This document shows, in pieces, positions 9,799 to 21,457 of a stretch of 64,000 bases of DNA (position 1 is its first letter; each line of letters starts with the position of its first letter). The notes beneath the pieces were generated by a model, which ran no database searches, was not told the origin of the DNA, and was given only the letters and a program-made list of their open reading frames with translations. The stretch covers positions 256,001 to 320,000 of IMG/VR virus record IMGVR_UViG_3300042256_000013. One strand, given 5' to 3'. Made by a program: the position numbers and the translations under genes. This stretch comes from a virus (lineage: Duplodnaviria > Heunggongvirae > Uroviricota > Caudoviricetes).

Positions 9799-11496
9799 TT
9801 AATCTTCAGTATTTAATGATTTTAAAATATCTGATGCTTCCTTTTGCTGACCAGAAAGTAGAATATCAGCAGCTAATAGTGACAAATCATCACCACGACT
9901 TAGTAGTACTACAATTTTACGAGCAAGAGGGCTTGATTTAATCTCATTAGCAAGTCCTTGCAATGGATCATTACCTTCCTGAGAATTTTCAGAAGAATTC
10001 TGTTCAGGTTGGTCTTCATTAGAACCAACGTTATCATTACTGTTAGTGTTATCAACTGACGCATCTTGCGGTTCACCTTGTGCATTATCTTGTTCAGAAC
10101 TTGCATCACCAGATGATTGTTGTGATAAATTTGATAATACTTTTTTGGACGTATCTGGTGGAAGTAATTTTCCATTATCAGAAATAAAACGTTCACCACC
10201 TACATAACGATAAGTAATACCTTTTTTAGATTTAAATTCTTGACCAATTTTTACTGGAGAAGAACTATTAAATTTAGAAATTTCTGATTGTGCAGTACGT
10301 TCCAACATCGGAACTGAAGAACTATTAATAGGCTGTTTTGTTTTAGCATTAAACCATTGACCATTTTTCTTAAAATAGCTATTACCTTTTCTGGATTTAT
10401 ACAAATATCCATTTGGAACTTCAGTACTGGAATTTTCTGGTTCAGAACTTTCAGAACTTGATGAATCTTGAGTTGGTTCTTCAGTTGAAGAAGCAGGTTG
10501 TTGATCATCTTGAGAAGTATTTGGCTTTGGATTAGAATCTGAATCTAAATTAGTATGATTATTAGCTGCATAATCATCTTCTGTATTATTTGATTTTGAA
10601 TCCTGCCACTCTTTATGTTTTTGAATAATTTTAGCAGTTTGTTCAGGAGATAATTTATTTCCTGATGCATCAAGAAAATCAGTACCATTGAACACATATA
10701 CTTTATTATTTTTGTCTTGAATACGTTGACCAACTTTAATAGTACTATTTGATGAAGAATTAGTTCCTTGAGAATTTGTTGAACTTGAATCATTTGAAGA
10801 TGGTTCAGATTGTTGTTTTTCAGCATTTGGATTTTCATCCAGCCAATCTTCAACTTTATTCAAAAACTTATCACTCATTCGTTTTCCATCATCGGAAACC
10901 CAATTCATACCAGTATAGGTATAAGTCTTACCACCATATTGAATAGTACTGTTAACTGGATAACGATCCTGATTATTATATTTTTCAATATCTTTTATAG
11001 CATCAGAATTCAAATCTGAACTAAATTGTTTATCAGTTATTTTACCTTCTGAACCATACCATGAATTATCTGACTTACTATAAGTATATTGACCATTAGG
11101 TAGATAAAATTTATCCGGTATAGAAACTTTAGAAGTGTCGCCACGAGTGAAATTTTGAAATGCTCCATTATCTGCTTCAACCAGCTTTTTAACACGAGTA
11201 TTCATACTTTCTGAAAGTAGTGTACCATCTAAAGAAAAATTATTACGACCGATATAAGTGTATTTCGATTCATTTATAGCATATTTCTTGCCGATTTGCA
11301 AGGAATTTGTTTCGTTATGTTCAGCAATTTGACGAAGTGCTGATTGATTCATTTTGAATGTATGAGCATTTTCTACAATCTTCATGGTTTCACAATTGAA
11401 CCATGAACCTTCGAGGTACATATATTCTGTACCTCTGTTGGACGTATACACATAATTATTTGGAATCGAATTGTTATTATCTATAGATTTAAACAT
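9799..11496 (-). CDS. Modular repeat protein, putative virion internal protein
   Basis: Several repeated ~45 aa beta modules (YxSxxGxxY...GxWFN; IG...YxYxG..F...GxxL) separated by S/N/Q-rich linkers. Confidence 0.55.
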   Translation of the reverse strand: MFKSIDNNNSIPNNYVYTSNRGTEYMYLEGSWFNCETMKIVENAHTFKMNQSALRQIAEHNETNSLQIGKKYAINESKYTYIGRNNFSLDGTLLSESMNTRVKKLVEADNGAFQNFTRGDTSKVSIPDKFYLPNGQYTYSKSDNSWYGSEGKITDKQFSSDLNSDAIKDIEKYNNQDRYPVNSTIQYGGKTYTYTGMNWVSDDGKRMSDKFLNKVEDWLDENPNAEKQQSEPSSNDSSSTNSQGTNSSSNSTIKVGQRIQDKNNKVYVFNGTDFLDASGNKLSPEQTAKIIQKHKEWQDSKSNNTEDDYAANNHTNLDSDSNPKPNTSQDDQQPASSTEEPTQDSSSSESSEPENSSTEVPNGYLYKSRKGNSYFKKNGQWFNAKTKQPINSSSVPMLERTAQSEISKFNSSSPVKIGQEFKSKKGITYRYVGGERFISDNGKLLPPDTSKKVLSNLSQQSSGDASSEQDNAQGEPQDASVDNTNSNDNVGSNEDQPEQNSSENSQEGNDPLQGLANEIKSSPLARKIVVLLSRGDDLSLLAADILLSGQQKEASDILKSLNTED

Positions 11497-11508
11497 ATTC
11501 TTCTCCTA

Positions 11509-12075
11509 TTAAGAAATTAGTTTTAGTAGCTTAGCTCTATCAGCCGGAGATAGTGAGGAAAGACGACCTGAAATAGAAGATCCTGAATTTCCACCTTGTC
11601 CTTGACTTGGTTGTGGATTATTTTGTCCTTGACCTTGTGGCTGACCTTGTGAATTAGTACTACCTTGTTGTGGTTGATTAGTACTTCCACCTTGTTGCTG
11701 ATTACCATAGTCAGTATTTTGCTTTTGTACAGCTTTCATTAATGCTGCACCAACATCTTTAGGAACAAAAGAACGACGTTGATTATTACCTAAGAAAGAT
11801 GTATCAAGGTTATTACCGTTAAAAAATGCTGCTACATCTGCATATGGTACTGATTGTGGATGTGAACCATATTTACGTCCAATATAACGTTTAAAGTCAC
11901 TCCATAGTTGGTTTGCCATTTGTCCAGTTTCTTGAGCACCTTGCTCAACTTGTCCTGAACCAAACATTCCTTTTACTTTACCTTTCGCCGAATCAATTGC
12001 TGATTGTGTACGGCTATAAGGACGTTCATTTAATGGTTCTGGTTGACCATCAAACATTTCTTCTAAAATACTCAT
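11509..12075 (-). CDS. Hypothetical protein with Q/G-rich tail, probable virion protein
   Basis: 188 aa ORF with a PLNE motif and a Q/G/N low-complexity C-terminus. Confidence 0.55.
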   Translation of the reverse strand: MSILEEMFDGQPEPLNERPYSRTQSAIDSAKGKVKGMFGSGQVEQGAQETGQMANQLWSDFKRYIGRKYGSHPQSVPYADVAAFFNGNNLDTSFLGNNQRRSFVPKDVGAALMKAVQKQNTDYGNQQQGGSTNQPQQGSTNSQGQPQGQGQNNPQPSQGQGGNSGSSISGRLSSLSPADRAKLLKLIS

Positions 12076-12077
12076 AA

Positions 12078-12617
12078 TTACCCCTTCTTACCGAAGCCAG
12101 CAGACATATATTCTGCGTATGATTTTTTCTTGGTACTGTCAATTGCATCTTTCACTGCTTTATCAGCACGACCTTGACCGCCAAGTTCTTCAGCATTTAC
12201 TTCTGGAACTTCTTTATAGTCAGGATCTAAAAGACGTGGTTCATATTCATCAAATTTAATATCATCTTCAAAATCAGCAAGTTCTTCTTGATATGGATCA
12301 AGATTATCACGAACGTGAATTAGTGATTCTGACCAGCTTAGTAGATTTCCAATTTCATATAGTAAAATTTGAGGTTGTACACCACGATTACATTTAAAAT
12401 CGAACATCCAAATTTCACCACAATCTAGATTATAAAAATCCGTTGGGCGATCTTGGAAAATTGTTTTCTTCATTGGACCCACTTCAAAAGCATCATATCG
12501 GTCAGTAAGTCGAGTAACAACTTTATGCAATTCTTCGGAGCTTGGCTCACACGCAAATTTTACACGGTATGAATATTCTGGAGTAAGATCTGTTAAAATT
12601 TTCTGTAATTTATTCAT
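12078..12617 (-). CDS. Hypothetical structural-block protein
   Basis: 179 aa ORF with a GGAG RBS. Confidence 0.65.
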   Translation of the reverse strand: MNKLQKILTDLTPEYSYRVKFACEPSSEELHKVVTRLTDRYDAFEVGPMKKTIFQDRPTDFYNLDCGEIWMFDFKCNRGVQPQILLYEIGNLLSWSESLIHVRDNLDPYQEELADFEDDIKFDEYEPRLLDPDYKEVPEVNAEELGGQGRADKAVKDAIDSTKKKSYAEYMSAGFGKKG

Positions 12618-12644
12618 GTTAACTCCGAGTCACAGTATTTTATT

Positions 12645-13217
12645 TTATTTATTCTTATTCATAGAAGCAAGCATCTCATTTCGAGACTTTACTGCTACTA
12701 CCTTCTCACCTTCAATTGCATTAGGATCATAATTATCACTAATTGCTTGTTGGTTTTTAGGTTTCTGATTAAGTTCAATTTCCATCTTATCTTTCTTGAT
12801 TTGCATGTCAATTAACTTAATATCGGAGTCAATAACTTTAGCATGAGCATCTAAAGCAATTTTCAACATAGCATTTGCAGCATTAATCATTTCTGATGCA
12901 AATCTATCTTCGCAATTAAAAGCACGGTCGAAAATATCTTCAAATCTATCTTCAGCCATTTTTGCCAATCTATCTAAATGGGATTTACGATTGGTAATAT
13001 CTGGAATATCCTTTAGTTGTTCACGATATTCTTTAAGTTGACTCATTGAACGACGAGCATTTTCAATTTCAGGACGACCCATAAGTTCAGTACTTTCATC
13101 GTCATCTTCATCATCATTATAAAAATCATCTTCATTATAATCATCACCAAGTAGTTTTTTTAAGTCATCAGAACTTGGAAGTCCTAATGCTTCTTCTACA
13201 CCACGTTTAGCTTTCAT
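12645..13217 (-). CDS. Helical protein, possible terminase small subunit-like
   Basis: Size, helical hairpin plus coiled-coil pattern and position next to the head completion gene. No diagnostic motif. Confidence 0.3.
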   Translation of the reverse strand: MKAKRGVEEALGLPSSDDLKKLLGDDYNEDDFYNDDEDDDESTELMGRPEIENARRSMSQLKEYREQLKDIPDITNRKSHLDRLAKMAEDRFEDIFDRAFNCEDRFASEMINAANAMLKIALDAHAKVIDSDIKLIDMQIKKDKMEIELNQKPKNQQAISDNYDPNAIEGEKVVAVKSRNEMLASMNKNK

Positions 13218-13218
13218 A

Positions 13219-14774
<1,556 letters not shown>

Positions 14775-14784
14775 TTAGTACCCC

Positions 14785-15558
14785 TTATATTGCTGTACTA
14801 CCAAAAATTCTATCAATAATATCTAAAGTACTATTAACATCATCTGGAAGAAGTGAACTAATTTTATCAGAATACATTTCTTCGATCATATCGTATTGTA
14901 CGCAGTTATCTGGTTTAATTGTTAACTTAATAGTAATAAACTGAGAAGAACCATAATCTAATGAATCCCACTCAATATCAGTAATAACACATCCGTACAA
15001 AACCCAACGGTCTATAGTACTTAAAGCATTATAGCCATTTCCACCAACGAAATCGTCAATAGCATTAACAAGGCCAGCGTTATTTGTAATTGCGGTAGCT
15101 GCATCCACGGCTGTATCACGTAAAAGATTATTCACGGAATCTTCAGGGTTCGCACCACCTGTTGTTTCAATCATCATACGGAATTTATATCCAGCATATT
15201 GCTGTTCTGATTTTGCAGAAATTCTACGTTGAAAATCGAGTTGTTTCTGTAGTTGACGAATAATAGATTTAGCTACTTTATTGTCAACTGCATCACGAAT
15301 TGTAAGAGTAATAGGTTTCCAATCCCAACGACCCACATATGAGGTATTAGTACCGAACATTTTCACTTGGTGCGTTTCAAAAGAAATACTTGGACGATCA
15401 ACGTCATTAACTTCTAAAGCTACATGATCTTTTTCATCAATATCTGTTCCGAAGTTGTATACAACTACACGAAACTTATATTTAACTTTAGGTTGACTCA
15501 TTGTTCGGTTTGCACCACTTGGTAGAGGAACACCATACTTATCCATCATTGTTGCCAT
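14785..15558 (-). CDS. Tail tube protein paralog
   Basis: DKYGVP...QPKVKYKFRV, WKPITLTIRD, WVLYGCVIT and LDY motifs. Confidence 0.8.
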   Translation of the reverse strand: MATMMDKYGVPLPSGANRTMSQPKVKYKFRVVVYNFGTDIDEKDHVALEVNDVDRPSISFETHQVKMFGTNTSYVGRWDWKPITLTIRDAVDNKVAKSIIRQLQKQLDFQRRISAKSEQQYAGYKFRMMIETTGGANPEDSVNNLLRDTAVDAATAITNNAGLVNAIDDFVGGNGYNALSTIDRWVLYGCVITDIEWDSLDYGSSQFITIKLTIKPDNCVQYDMIEEMYSDKISSLLPDDVNSTLDIIDRIFGSTAI

Positions 15559-15605
15559 TTATATTTTCCCCTATTTAATATGGAATGTATATTATATTTA
15601 GCAAT

Positions 15606-15632
15606 AAAAAAAGCCCTGAACAAGTCCAGGGC
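15606..15632 (-). terminator. Rho-independent terminator after the tail tube gene
   Basis: GCCCTG..CAGGGC hairpin with a T-tract on the minus strand. Confidence 0.7.
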
Positions 15633-15639
15633 ATAAGTA

Positions 15640-16329
15640 TTATTGTCCTTCGTAGAAGTTAGAATCTGATAAGGTATCAGAACTAATTGAAGTTTGACCG
15701 TTAGTAATAGATACTGCATTTTCAGGAGTACCAGTACCAGCGACTTCATCACCAAGAGGTTGACCTTCTGGTCCAACTATTACACAACCATCAGGTTGTA
15801 CAGTCATGGTAATTACTTGAGCTTCTGAGCTTGAATAATCCCAATCACCGAAATTAGAATCGGTAATGAAACATCCTTGACAGATCCAAGTATGTAGTGT
15901 GCCTTCATAAAGGTTTGTTAGGTTGTCTGAGTTAGAACCATCTAATGCTTGAATCCACATTTCGAACTTATACTGAGAAGCAGTAGTACGAGACTCTTGA
16001 GAGTAGTAGTTAAATTCTTTACGCATTTGGTTCCAAAGTGCTTTTAGAGAAAGGTTTCCTACAGAATCACGAAAAGCGATTTCAATAGTATTCCATTTAT
16101 ATTTCCCTTTAAAGAACGCAGAACTGTTGTAACTATGAACTTGAATTGGTTCATGTTCAACATGTGGAGTACCAACAGTGTTAGTATCCAAAGTAATATA
16201 GGTTCCATCCTCAGTATTACCGAATCCGAAGAATACTACACGGAAACGATATTTAGGCTTAGGTTGTTTCATTGGAGCACGAGAGCCACCAGTGATTGGA
16301 ACGCCATATTTATCCAGTAAATTTGCCAT
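15640..16329 (-). CDS. Major tail tube protein
   Basis: gp19-like motifs (PKPKYRFRV, GKYKWNTIEIAFRD, W.CQGCF, DYSSSE). Downstream of the sheath gene, with its own late promoter and terminator. Confidence 0.85.
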   Translation of the reverse strand: MANLLDKYGVPITGGSRAPMKQPKPKYRFRVVFFGFGNTEDGTYITLDTNTVGTPHVEHEPIQVHSYNSSAFFKGKYKWNTIEIAFRDSVGNLSLKALWNQMRKEFNYYSQESRTTASQYKFEMWIQALDGSNSDNLTNLYEGTLHTWICQGCFITDSNFGDWDYSSSEAQVITMTVQPDGCVIVGPEGQPLGDEVAGTGTPENAVSITNGQTSISSDTLSDSNFYEGQ

Positions 16330-16367
16330 TATTAATCTCCCAATAATTTAAGGAATAATCTTTAATG

Positions 16368-16375
16368 TATTTATA
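16368..16375 (-). promoter_or_regulatory. T4-like late promoter TATAAATA
   Basis: Exact TATAAATA on the minus strand ~40 bp upstream of the tail tube ATG. TAAATA cores also precede the ORFs starting at 15558, 16825, 19563, 20584, 40385, 42866 and 57043. Confidence 0.75.
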
Positions 16376-16384
16376 AAGTTTTTA

Positions 16385-16825
16385 TCATTCCTCAACATCA
16401 TTAGTGCCTTCACCATAATTACCAGATATTTTAAGTTTAATTTTTACACGGTCGGAACTAGAATAACTAAGAGCCATTGAAATTTCATAAATTGTAAAAT
16501 TATGAACATGTATTGTTTTAATAACATCACCCGCATTATCTAGTTGTTCAATTTTTATCTTTTTACCTTCAGATGAATATGTTGCTAAATCATTAAATGT
16601 ATCATTTCTCATATCATCTTCTACCACAATGGTAAGATCAATAAAACTAAAAGGGAAGAATGAAGCAGGACCAGATGTATATTTTAAATTAACAGAATCG
16701 GCATGGAATGTTACTTGTGGTAAATCTTCTATATGTAAAATAAATCTCCATTGTGGACTTGGTTCTTTTACCGATTTTCTACCACCAGGTGTAGGAACTC
16801 CGTATTTGTCAGTTAAATCACTCAT
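16385..16825 (-). CDS. Short tail-tube-like paralog
   Basis: N-terminus MSDLTDKYGVP...EPSPQWRF is shared with the two tube genes downstream. Confidence 0.65.
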   Translation of the reverse strand: MSDLTDKYGVPTPGGRKSVKEPSPQWRFILHIEDLPQVTFHADSVNLKYTSGPASFFPFSFIDLTIVVEDDMRNDTFNDLATYSSEGKKIKIEQLDNAGDVIKTIHVHNFTIYEISMALSYSSSDRVKIKLKISGNYGEGTNDVEE

Positions 16826-16875
16826 TGTTAATCTCCATAAAGTTGTTTGAACTATTTATGAGATAAACAAAAAAG

Positions 16876-16898
16876 AAAAGGGAGCCATCGGCTCCCTT
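16876..16898 (-). terminator. Rho-independent terminator after the sheath gene
   Basis: AAGGGAGCC-ATC-GGCTCCCTT, nearly identical to the hairpin at 1667. Confidence 0.8.
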
Positions 16899-16908
16899 AA
16901 TTGTTTAA

Positions 16909-19563
16909 TTAAGATGTTAAACTGTTTTCCAAACGGATTGGAATATAGATAAAGTTAATTGAACGAGTTGGTACAAGTGCAATATCCATCCACAATTCAT
17001 TCGCATTGATACGAGCAGTTGTGTTGTTTGATTCGTCACAAACTACTAGGAAATCGTATAGACCGTTTAGTTGAACAATTTCAGCTAAGAAACTGTTAAC
17101 TGCTGAAGTAAACTCTTGACGAGTACTTGCAGTGTTTAAACGGAATAAGAACGGTTCAGCTAGTACTGATAATTGTGTACGAATATAAACTACAAGACGA
17201 GCAACGTTTACACGACTTAGTGCAGATGTGTCATCAGCAGCTAAAGTTTTATCTCCGTAAACAAGTAATCCACGGTTCGGACGCATAGCAATTGGGTTAA
17301 TCTTGTTAACATACATGGTATCACGTTGACCTTGGTTATATACTACTGGAGCATATTCACCTTCATCGTTAATGTAACCAATACTTGCTGCGTTACTTAC
17401 AACACCACGTGAAGTACCTGCTGGTGGATACCATACATAACTTACGCTATCGCTATAAGCATAGGTACGCATTGCAATAGTACTACCAGGTACTGCAACT
17501 TCTGAACCATCAACGTTAGTTCCAAGACCCCAACCCATATACTGAGCAGCATATGAATAAGCAGTTACACGACCAACATCACCATTAGATGGTGCATTGT
17601 TTGCATTAGTTGCCCAAGCTTGAACATCAGTAGCATTTGGTGCTAGACGTGCTGGAACATCAGTAACAATGAAAGCAGTTTCTTTACGGTCAGTGTTTAA
17701 AGTTACAAGTTCATCAAGTAATTCTACATAACCTGGAACACACATTAAGTTAAACTGAACACTTTCTGCACGAATGTCTTCGTTAGAAACAACAACAGAT
17801 GCAAGAGCTTCAACAATGATATTACGTTGAGCAGCACGACCAAATAGGCCAGAACCATCAAGAGCAACACCACTGGCAACAGTCCAGATTCCATCTTTCA
17901 TCAATTTAACAACACCTTCTGTAGTTCCTAAGTCTACAGCAAGCATACCATTTTGATACAATTCAGCAGCAGGAACATTACCAGTAGTAAAGTCATCGAA
18001 GATCATACCATTTAAAGTACTTTGGTCAGTACTGTCAAGTTTAGTCCATGTTCCACTAACGTTACGATAGAACACATATCCATCAACACCTTGTGATAGT
18101 GGTTGTACCCAAAAATCACGGTCTGCTGCTGGTTCGTCAAGTTGAACGTACATGTTAGTTTCAGGATCAATAGCATCCCATGTATCAGTACTAACGTTCG
18201 CAACATATAGACCCACTGTTAATGAATCAGAGTTGCTAAAGTTATACCAGTAAGTACCATTAGCTGCCTGAGCAGTTGGAGTAGTTGAACTTACACGTAG
18301 ATTTGCATTGTTTACTTGAACGTAGTTGCTTGAATCTACAGTCAATTTAGCCAAATCAATGGTATTAAAGATTTGTTGTCCAGTACTTGTAGTTTGGAAA
18401 CTATAACCATTTTTATTTGTTACAACAAGAGCATTTGTACCAGTGAAAGTAAATCCAGCGTTAATCAAATCAGCACTTTTGTTTAAATTAGTGATTAGTG
18501 TAGCAGTATTAATTACTTCACCAGAATTCACTGCAACAACAGTATAAGACTTATTCAAGAACTTAATAGTCAATGATCCAGCAGCAGATGCTACTTGGCT
18601 TGAAGATTGTCCAATTGGTGTTGCTGGAGCACTAACAGATGCGATAGAACCAGCTTTGGTATAAAGAGTAAAACTCTTACTATCTTCATCAAATAGAGCA
18701 CCGAAATAGGTGTTATCGAAAGTTGCAGATTTAGCTTCAATTTCATAGAAACTGTTACCAGTCCAAACATTAACTTCAGTCCAAACAGAGGTTAGAGACG
18801 CATAACGTTTCATAACAAAGCGAGTACCAAAGTAATTAGAACCATTTTTAGTATAACCATCACGAATCCAGATATTTCCTTTTTCTACTGTTACACCAGT
18901 TGGTACTTTATTAATTGGAGACAAGTATGTTTCTACTTGAACAAGACCAGCCGCTTCGTACTTATACATTAGCATTTGTCCATTCGATGGGTTATGGCGT
19001 AGTACTAAATCGTCTACATTTAAACCTGAAGTATCAACATCATCAATGTCTGCTGCACTTACGATTGTAACAGTTTTCACTGTCCAGTCATAAAAACTTT
19101 GTGGGTTGTCAATTGAAGCTACATATGCTTCAATTTGGGTTGCACTTGTATCTAGCCATAATGTACCATTGGATACTGGACCAGTTGGAGCAGTTCCGGA
19201 AGGAGCTAGTTGTGCTAGGTCAATATCAGCACGAACAACATAAGCTCGGTTTGCGATACCCATGTAGCTATATAATGCATGAAGACCATATTCGTTTAGT
19301 TCATCGCCTTGAACTACAGATCCATTACTTGATTGAAAAATAGGTGATCCGTAAGTTTCAAGAGCATTTCTTTGCGATGTAATAAGTTTTAGCGTACCAG
19401 CGTTCGCTTTAGTTGTACCTGTAGCTACAGAAGTACTGCCTGTCACAAGTTTATCTTGTGCTGTCGCAATGACAAACAAAGGCACTGTTCCGTTACCACT
19501 AGTAGGACTAATAGTCTCGTCGGTAACTGTTACACTTACACCAGGTGATAGTAAATCAGCCAT
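16909..19563 (-). CDS. Tail sheath protein
   Basis: N-terminal LLSPGVSV, GDELNEYGL, WYPPAG..RG, INPI, GDKT, RVNVARL, VVCDESNNT and P.RSINFIYI, all gp18-type motifs. 884 aa with a large insertion domain. Confidence 0.95.
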   Translation of the reverse strand: MADLLSPGVSVTVTDETISPTSGNGTVPLFVIATAQDKLVTGSTSVATGTTKANAGTLKLITSQRNALETYGSPIFQSSNGSVVQGDELNEYGLHALYSYMGIANRAYVVRADIDLAQLAPSGTAPTGPVSNGTLWLDTSATQIEAYVASIDNPQSFYDWTVKTVTIVSAADIDDVDTSGLNVDDLVLRHNPSNGQMLMYKYEAAGLVQVETYLSPINKVPTGVTVEKGNIWIRDGYTKNGSNYFGTRFVMKRYASLTSVWTEVNVWTGNSFYEIEAKSATFDNTYFGALFDEDSKSFTLYTKAGSIASVSAPATPIGQSSSQVASAAGSLTIKFLNKSYTVVAVNSGEVINTATLITNLNKSADLINAGFTFTGTNALVVTNKNGYSFQTTSTGQQIFNTIDLAKLTVDSSNYVQVNNANLRVSSTTPTAQAANGTYWYNFSNSDSLTVGLYVANVSTDTWDAIDPETNMYVQLDEPAADRDFWVQPLSQGVDGYVFYRNVSGTWTKLDSTDQSTLNGMIFDDFTTGNVPAAELYQNGMLAVDLGTTEGVVKLMKDGIWTVASGVALDGSGLFGRAAQRNIIVEALASVVVSNEDIRAESVQFNLMCVPGYVELLDELVTLNTDRKETAFIVTDVPARLAPNATDVQAWATNANNAPSNGDVGRVTAYSYAAQYMGWGLGTNVDGSEVAVPGSTIAMRTYAYSDSVSYVWYPPAGTSRGVVSNAASIGYINDEGEYAPVVYNQGQRDTMYVNKINPIAMRPNRGLLVYGDKTLAADDTSALSRVNVARLVVYIRTQLSVLAEPFLFRLNTASTRQEFTSAVNSFLAEIVQLNGLYDFLVVCDESNNTTARINANELWMDIALVPTRSINFIYIPIRLENSLTS

Positions 19564-19649
19564 TTAATCCTCCAAAAATTTTGGGTTTATTCGAATATTC
19601 GTATAATGTTATTTATTCGAGGATTAAATCTTATGTGGTTAAAGTAAAG

Positions 19650-20294
19650 TTACTTGATGATATTGCTTAGAATGGTATAAGCTTGAGAATGTAATGAATC
19701 TATAGTACTGTTATTTTCTACGATATAATCAGGACGATTAATTCCAACCCAGCCATATTCAGATGAATGAATACCGTTTAATTCAATTGGTAGCCCTAAA
19801 CCTTCAATTCCAGATTCTGCAAGTAAGTTATGTTTAAAGGCATAGTGATACCAGGTTGGAAGTACTCTCTGTACCTCAATAATAGTACCGGAGTTCTCAC
19901 GAATCATTTTTAATTCATTTGGAAAACGACAATCAGTGATAATTACTCGGTCATGTGGAAGATTACGGATCTTATTTTCTGCTGCGAAGACCCAAATATT
20001 ATCGTGGAAGTGACGACGAAGGACATCAGTACCGAGATTTTGAAGTACCCAGCGTGGAGTTACATCTTTACCCAATTTACTTGACCAGTACTCGTCCGGC
20101 TGTTCACGAATTTTACGTGCTTCGTCGGTAGTACCTTCTAACATTTCACGATCCCAACCAAAAATAGCTGCTACCGCATCTTTTAGTGTTTCTGCGAATG
20201 ATACTCTATAAAAACCATTGTCGATAAAAACTTGAGAAAATGTATCTTTACCTGAACCGATAGTTCCATTAATTGCTACTAATTTACGTTCCAT
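19650..20294 (-). CDS. Deoxynucleoside monophosphate kinase
   Basis: GTIGSGKDT, SFAETLK, TPRWVLQNLGTD, ITDCRFPNE and HSSE (T4 gp1-like). Confidence 0.92.
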   Translation of the reverse strand: MERKLVAINGTIGSGKDTFSQVFIDNGFYRVSFAETLKDAVAAIFGWDREMLEGTTDEARKIREQPDEYWSSKLGKDVTPRWVLQNLGTDVLRRHFHDNIWVFAAENKIRNLPHDRVIITDCRFPNELKMIRENSGTIIEVQRVLPTWYHYAFKHNLLAESGIEGLGLPIELNGIHSSEYGWVGINRPDYIVENNSTIDSLHSQAYTILSNIIK

Positions 20295-20329
20295 GTTTGT
20301 GTTTCCTTTAAACGAAAAAAGGAAGAACC

Positions 20330-20584
20330 TTATTCAGATTCTTCCAGGAGTTTCCAATTATATTCATAAAATTGGATTAAAAATAATGCTTCAGCCCAAT
20401 CAGGAAAGCATACTGAAGCATAATACAGTGGTATGCCACCAACTACTTCTTCTTTTATTTCGAAAGTACCAGTTTCATTTTCATCACTAATAGCTTCCAT
20501 AAATTTCAACATCTTTGTTGAAACTTCACCACTTTCACCACTATATAAAAATTCATCTGTACCCATAAAAGCTTCGTAACGCAT
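20330..20584 (-). CDS. Hypothetical protein
   Basis: 84 aa ORF preceded by TATAAATA (20615-20622) and a GGTGA RBS. Confidence 0.65.
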   Translation of the reverse strand: MRYEAFMGTDEFLYSGESGEVSTKMLKFMEAISDENETGTFEIKEEVVGGIPLYYASVCFPDWAEALFLIQFYEYNWKLLEESE

Positions 20585-20622
20585 AATATCACCATAACAT
20601 TTCCAATTATGGTGTATTTATA

Positions 20623-21408
20623 TTAGCCAATAATGAAGCCTAGAGGTGTACTACCATCTTCGTACTTACGTAGACGGTCACGCAGTTCTTGTTGCATACG
20701 GATTGCGTTTTGTAGCAAGTCTGCACCATCCATCGAGAATGAACCTTGTGGACCTGGAAGTGTTGGATACTTGGAACGATAACGACCAAGAATCATCATT
20801 GCTTCAGACAACGCCCAATCACGTAACCACGGATAAGTACTTTGTGTTTTGAATAGAATTGGTTCTGGCTTGTTATGATATACGTGTAGAAGTACTTCTT
20901 CTTCACCACGAATATCACGTTCTAGTGTTAGTTTCTTAGTAACGGAGTTCCATAGGAACATAATTTCACGTCCAAATAGACGACCAACTGTTTCATCAAA
21001 TTGATGATACAAGTCATAAGTCAATAGACCGCCACCAGTACTACCACGCACTGCACTTAATAGATATGTATTACTGTACGCCAATGAGAATGGATCAACT
21101 GTTGCACCTGAGCCGGAAACAACACCATTACCACGACGATAAATTCTACGAACAATTTCAACCTCAGTTGGGAGTTCATAAACAGAATCAGACTCATAGA
21201 ACTTCATATGTAGGAAAGCTTCTTCTTTTGAAGCAGCAGCCCAAGCACGATAATTAGTTACAGCATTATCAATGCATATTTCAAGTTGTTCATCAGTCAA
21301 TTCCACTTCAATAGAACCTGCACCGAGCATTACAGTAATAACACGTTTCATTTCTTCACGATGATCGTATTGTGGAGAATCTGGATTCCCGCCATAATTA
21401 TAAGACAT
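20623..21408 (-). CDS. Neck protein (T4 gp13-like)
   Basis: LGAGSIEVELT...CIDNA, WLRDWALSEAM.ILG..RSKY..LPGPQG and C-terminal PLGFIIG. Start set at MSYNY (21408). Confidence 0.85.
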   Translation of the reverse strand: MSYNYGGNPDSPQYDHREEMKRVITVMLGAGSIEVELTDEQLEICIDNAVTNYRAWAAASKEEAFLHMKFYESDSVYELPTEVEIVRRIYRRGNGVVSGSGATVDPFSLAYSNTYLLSAVRGSTGGGLLTYDLYHQFDETVGRLFGREIMFLWNSVTKKLTLERDIRGEEEVLLHVYHNKPEPILFKTQSTYPWLRDWALSEAMMILGRYRSKYPTLPGPQGSFSMDGADLLQNAIRMQQELRDRLRKYEDGSTPLGFIIG

Positions 21409-21457
21409 AAAAAATACCCCTAAACATGTTTGTATATCATATTTAGGGGTTCTCGTC

